Below are positions 59,047 through 64,000 of a stretch of 64,000 bases of DNA, piece by piece; position 1 is the first letter of the stretch, and each line of letters starts with the position of its first letter. Both the position numbers and the translations under genes were made by a program. This DNA is from Spironucleus salmonicida (Eukaryota): positions 1,612,001 through 1,676,000 of the forward strand of contig NC_090596.1 of NCBI RefSeq assembly GCF_000497125.1. The letters are read 5' to 3'. Under the pieces are notes generated by a model. That model ran no database searches. It was given only the letters and a program-made list of their open reading frames with translations, and was not told where the DNA came from.

Positions 59047-59895
59047 ATGTCATATAAAACATTTTTTTAGCAAACATTACAAATTTAAGAATCTGATAAA
59101 TTTTGTAAAGAATTAACAGTTGATTTATTGGAAACACTTAATACTTCTATTAAAAGCGAATATACCGCAAATGATTATGTATGTGCAATGATTTTCCAAG
59201 AATCATTATTAAATGCTGTAAATTTATCTGTTTAGTAACCTCAAGAACCTGCATTTCCACATATTGAAGCACCACTCCCAAAAGCAGTTAAAGATGCTGC
59301 ATATACAAATGTTGTTCCTTTGTAAACTAATCCTAATTTAAAAACTTTAAAAACATCTGTTGTGATGTAGACTATTAATGTACCAAATATAATGGGAAAT
59401 ATAGCCACGAGACCAAATTCTAAAGCTTAGTATAAAAAATAGGAGATAGAATCGGAAGTCAAAGCTTAGCTTAAGAAATTTTAGAGACCCCCATCAGCAC
59501 AGGAAGTTAGATTATTAGCACGAGATATAGGTGCTAGGTAAAAATAATTGAAATCCACTAAGTTAGATGTTAAAGTAATGAATACAATTAGAAAAGGCGA
59601 GATATTAGACTAGCTTAATGCACTCTAAAAAGGAAATAAGAAAATATAAGATTTCCCAGAGAATGGATAAATAGTAGTAGATTCTAACGGAAAAGTTGTA
59701 GGTGTCGGCGGTGTTAAATAACTAGCAACCTAAATTAACCAAGGAGAATGTAAAATTGTTAAGAAAGAGACTAAAAAGAAAGATTCTACGTAAGATCCAT
59801 AATAATAGGAAAAATAAGAAGAATCTCCGTTTGTAGAATTAAGTAGAAAATACGAAGAAAACTTGTTAAAAACATAAACAGTTTTAAAGAAATGA
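59047..59895 (+). CDS. Hypothetical protein (282 aa)
   Basis: MSYKTFFQQTLQIQ...TVLKK*. Confidence 0.75.
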
Positions 59896-59930
59896 TTTAA
59901 TAATTATTTTATTAGAATTACCTTTCCTTA

Positions 59931-60407
59931 ATGAATGTGTTCAATACAGCAATTACAGAACTTCAAACACTTATGCTTATTAAATAAGAAAATTAACAAA
60001 CATTGCGTGCTTTAAATATATAGAGAAAAAAGATGTATTAACCTATTTCAATGTTGGCATTAATTCCTTAAGTAATAATAGACTAGGACCCAATAATCCA
60101 TTTAGGCGGTGACTATTTCGCATAACTTCCAATAATTAATGCTATTGAAAAAATTAATATGAAAATAAAACTAGTCAATGATTAAATAGAGAAACTTAAA
60201 TTTTAATATTTTCCATAAGATTATTTATCTCCATAATAGTATAACTAAATTATCTAAGAGATTAACAAATGCTTATCAAATGAATTACCAGGCTATTTGA
60301 TAAATTAAGGAATAAAGTAAATCAATATAGTGGAAAAGGCGGGTTAAAGTACAGTTAACAAGACGTAAAAAATAAGTAAATTTGCAATTTAACATAATTT
60401 AAAGTGA
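59931..60407 (+). CDS. Prefoldin alpha-like protein, URI/Bud27-like (158 aa)
   Basis: QPISMLALIP...IIHLGGDYFAQ (prefoldin-alpha hairpins) and C-terminal KISKF. Confidence 0.7.
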
Positions 60408-60417
60408 AAATATTATA

Positions 60418-60987
60418 TCAGATTTTATCTATTATACCTTAGATAATACTAAAATCTTCTTTCTTACATAGATCGTATTCTTTACAGAAATAGTAAAAGT
60501 GCTTCATCTTTGATAAGCAAACTAATTCTAGTCCTTAATCCTTAAGATAATCTTAATGCTACAAATATGCATGGACAAATGTTCTAAACATTCTCCTATA
60601 GATAGTGCTCACCTTTTTAATAAAATCCCTTTAATATTTAGTATTATCAATAGGGAACATAGATTCATCAGCCGAGAGTTTATAAATCAAGCTTTCAACT
60701 TTGTTAAAATATTCTAATGCAGATAAAGATTATGTTGCTTTTCCATCAGACCACATGAATTCAAACCCTCCACATTTCATTGTTGGGCAAGTACATGTAT
60801 CTTAGATGATAGCTTGTATATCTTTCATGTATTTTAAAAATTCAAATACATGATAAGCTACCCATTCATTTCTTGACTAATCTTTAGGTACAGACACGTT
60901 TGGCATATCTAAAGACATTGATTATAAATTATTAAGAGAAGGTATATAGTTTTAAGTCTATTTTATAGTTTGATTTCTATTAAACAT
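60418..60987 (-). CDS. MOB kinase activator (Mob1/phocein family, 189 aa)
   Basis: NEWVAYHVFEF, CTCPTMKCG.FEFMW, DESMFP, IYRRMFRTFVHAYLQH, KHFYYFCKEYDL. Confidence 0.93.
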
Positions 60988-61117
60988 TTTGATTCTTAAC
61001 CTATTCTAGTTATTATATAAGTAAAATATCATTCCAAGTAATATAAAATAATTAAGTTTAATTGGAAAATATTATAGTATTATATTATACTCAATATATC
61101 TTTTAATAATAAATTAA

Positions 61118-62638
61118 ATGAATAGCTATTAAGCGAAGATTTATTGTAACTCATCATAAAAAGTAGGGTAGACATCTCTAATTTAATCATTTTAAGATTA
61201 AGATTTGATAATAAACTCTTTGTAATATTAAATATAAATTCAATTCTTAGAGGAAGAGCCAAATTTTACTTCTTTAGCTACTCTATCGGTGTATGATATC
61301 ACAAATCAATAATCTTTTTAAGAGTCTTAAAAAATATTATTATCATCAACCACGCCAATTAAAATTTTAGTAGGCACACACCGTGATTAAATTGTCAAAA
61401 GACAAATTACTTATGATTAAGTAGCTTCTATTAAGGGAAAAATTCCTAATCTTATTTGGTTTGAGGTTAATCTGATATCTTCCGATGAAAATATAGATAT
61501 ACTAATTGAATAGATTAAAATAGCAGCAGAATTTAATATAGTTGAAATTATTAGTTAAGGATCATAAAATATTTAGGTATAAGAAAAATAATCATTTACT
61601 AATGATCAATATGACTTTTTCTTTGAAGAGATTTTTTAAGAAACAATAACCGAACCATTTAATGGAGGTAGTAGTATTTCATAATATTAAAATTAAATTT
61701 TATAAGTCGAGGACTATGAAGAATTATAATTATAATTTTAGCTTTTTCTTAAAAACTTGAGCCCAAATTTACAGTAGGAGTAAATTAGTTAGTTTGTTTA
61801 ATAAATATAATCAAATTAAGAATAATAACTAAAAATAAAAAATATTGAATAGAATTTATTAATTCAATAATCCAAATTAGAAAAGTAATAAGATATCACG
61901 AAAGAGAAAGAGCTAGAGCTAGAAAAATATTATGAGGAAGCTCTCGATGTAATTTAATCTAAAAGTTCTTAATTAATCAAGAAAGATTAAGAGATCGCAT
62001 AACTTAAACTTATTAATAAAACATAAAAATCAGATCCAATAGAGTCAAAAACTTACTGTTAGAAAACTATATAATAAAGTTAAGGTAAAGATGATTTCAA
62101 TTTTTCTGGAATATCAGATATTACTGATTAAAAAAATAAAATTATAAATTCTAGCCATATTAACGAAAAATAAAGTATTTAGTTACTATCTGAATAAACT
62201 TTAGAAATAATAAAGCCTTAAAATTAAATTATATCGCCAGCAATATCAAAAGAATTTGTCCCCTCTAAATAAACTCTTATCTCCCCATCAAAATATTAAG
62301 TGAAGATGTTTTAATAGTTTAAAAAGCAAGAAGTAGTCAAAATTATCAAACTAGAAAATCCTAGATTAATTAAAGATAGTGCCTCTGTTAAGGCACGCCC
62401 GTTAGTAGTTAAATAGAATGTTAACATAGTTAATAACACGGTTCAAATAATAAAAACATAATAATTAAATTTAACACAATTAAGTTAACATCATAATGAC
62501 GTAAAGACTCTAAATTTGATAGATTAACCTATATATTATAAATAAAGCAAAGAACAATTAGCAGAGTCAACTAGTTCAGCAAATTCAGTAAGCTTTATTT
62601 TATCCTAAAAATAACGAAAAAATAAGAAAATATAGTGA
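61118..62638 (+). CDS. Degenerate Rab/Ras-like domain fused to coiled-coil and low-complexity tail (506 aa)
   Basis: KVGQTSLI, SVYDITNQQSF, ILVGTHRD..KRQITY, WFEVNL..ENID. Confidence 0.75.
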
Positions 62639-62648
62639 TAAAATATTT

Positions 62649-64000
62649 TCATTTCATATATATAAAAAATACTGCGATTGAAACGCCTATAACAGCAATA
62701 ATTTTCTTAGAAAACTGTGGTTTCAGCTCTGAACAGTTTTGCCTCAACTCATTAATATCTTTATCAAATACTTTTTAAAATCCATTATGAATTTTCTTTG
62801 CCGAAGGAGTAAAGAGGTCTCTATTATCTAGCCATTCTTATCCATATAATTATTTAGACGCTTTTGGTACGCAAAATCCTTTGAGACCTGATTTTCTTAC
62901 AATGATATCTATTTTTTCTTATAAATTTTATATCTAAAGTGTGCTGAGTACAATACAAACTGGCGCATAATCTTAGGGTTAAGCTGTCACAAAAGCATGT
63001 TCAACACCTTCTATTTATTCAATTATTTTCTCTATTTTCTCTAAATCTAAAAATTCTCCTTATTGCAACTTAATGACAAGATTCTTTCTTCTCAAAAATG
63101 ATATCGAACCATCCGGATTCAGAATACCCATATCCCCTGTATGATAAAAATCTTCACTATCTAATTGGCAAATTTTATTGTCATATGAATCACGGATTAT
63201 AAATCTTGCAACTGAATTCGATTTAACGCAAATCTCTCCTATTTTTGTCTTTTAAAGATCGTAGTGACCTGTATCATCTGGAATAATTTTTACTTCAGTA
63301 TTAATAGTAGTAAATCCTAAGGTATTATCATCCCAGTATTTCATCGTACCACATATATATAATGCATTGGCTCCAGTTTCAGTTAAGCCATATCCAGTTC
63401 CTAAACGCGCACAAAAACAAGTTTACAAAAAAATTCTCAATTATTTTGAAACAGCAGAACTGCCCGATACGACAAATGTTAGTTTAGGAAAATTTTTTGA
63501 AATAGGTTTAAAGACAATATCAATAGGTGTTTTGCCGGTTTTTTCATATTTAGGAAATAAATACATTAAAAATACTTTTAAATACATAAAAGCAACGAAT
63601 ATTGGCCATAATGGGCCTGTTTTCGACTTGACACCATTGTATATCTTTTACCATACCCTAGGAACACCTATTAGCATAGTTACACCAGATAATTTAATAT
63701 CCTATATTAAATTCTTCGTACCTTAAGATGAAAAAGCAATAGCACCTCCTCGAGTCATGAACAAAAATTCAAAATTCTTTTCAAAAACATGTGCCAAAGG
63801 TAAATATGATAGCATTATACCTTGATAATCCAAGAACCTATACCCCATATTAGCACCACCTGCAATCATGTTTCGTGATGTTAGCAAAACAGCTTTAGGT
63901 GATCCTGAAGTACCAGAAGAAAATAAAATATTTGAAGTATCATCTGCAGTTTTAGCGCATAAAGCATTAAAGTTTTGTTGATTTGTTGTTATATATTCTT
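62649..64000 (-). CDS. Long-chain fatty acyl-CoA synthetase, 5' end outside window
   Basis: LFSSGTSGSPK, SYLPLAHVFE, LIGVPRVW, GYGLTET, YHTGDMG, LQQGEF, LTQGYKLKR-like end region, and a hydrophobic C-terminus. Confidence 0.93.

Overview
This is an AT-rich, extremely gene-dense, apparently intron-free eukaryotic chromosome segment. It only makes sense under the non-canonical nuclear code TAA/TAG=Gln with TGA as the sole stop (table 6), so the supplied standard-code ORF track misses or truncates nearly every gene. The code, very short intergenic spacers, C-rich pre-ATG tracts and AGTGA stop contexts point to a hexamitid diplomonad, most like Spironucleus (inference). Manual translation gives about 48 CDS. 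Recognisable ones: Myb protein, FEN1, SPX-EXS (XPR1/SYG1), REEP/YOP1, CDP-DAG synthase, glycerol kinase, RRP9-like WD40, 20S proteasome alpha, SmD2-like, AHI1-like WD40, MPP10, PI4K, NEMF/Rqc2, Bub3/Rae1, La-like, RING, BEACH, aspartate aminotransferase, CDKL kinase, URI-like prefoldin, MOB1, a Rab-like pseudo-GTPase fusion and an acyl-CoA synthetase. The rest are Gln-rich hypothetical proteins. Best leads: (1) an SmD2 gene lacking a TGA where it should end, which may gain its stop by polyadenylation; (2) two GC-rich islands inside CDSs that avoid TAA/TAG and show a C-rich to G-rich strand switch; (3) a perfect 429-bp coding tandem repeat. All translations were done by eye and no database searches were run. 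Long hypothetical ORFs were not checked codon by codon.
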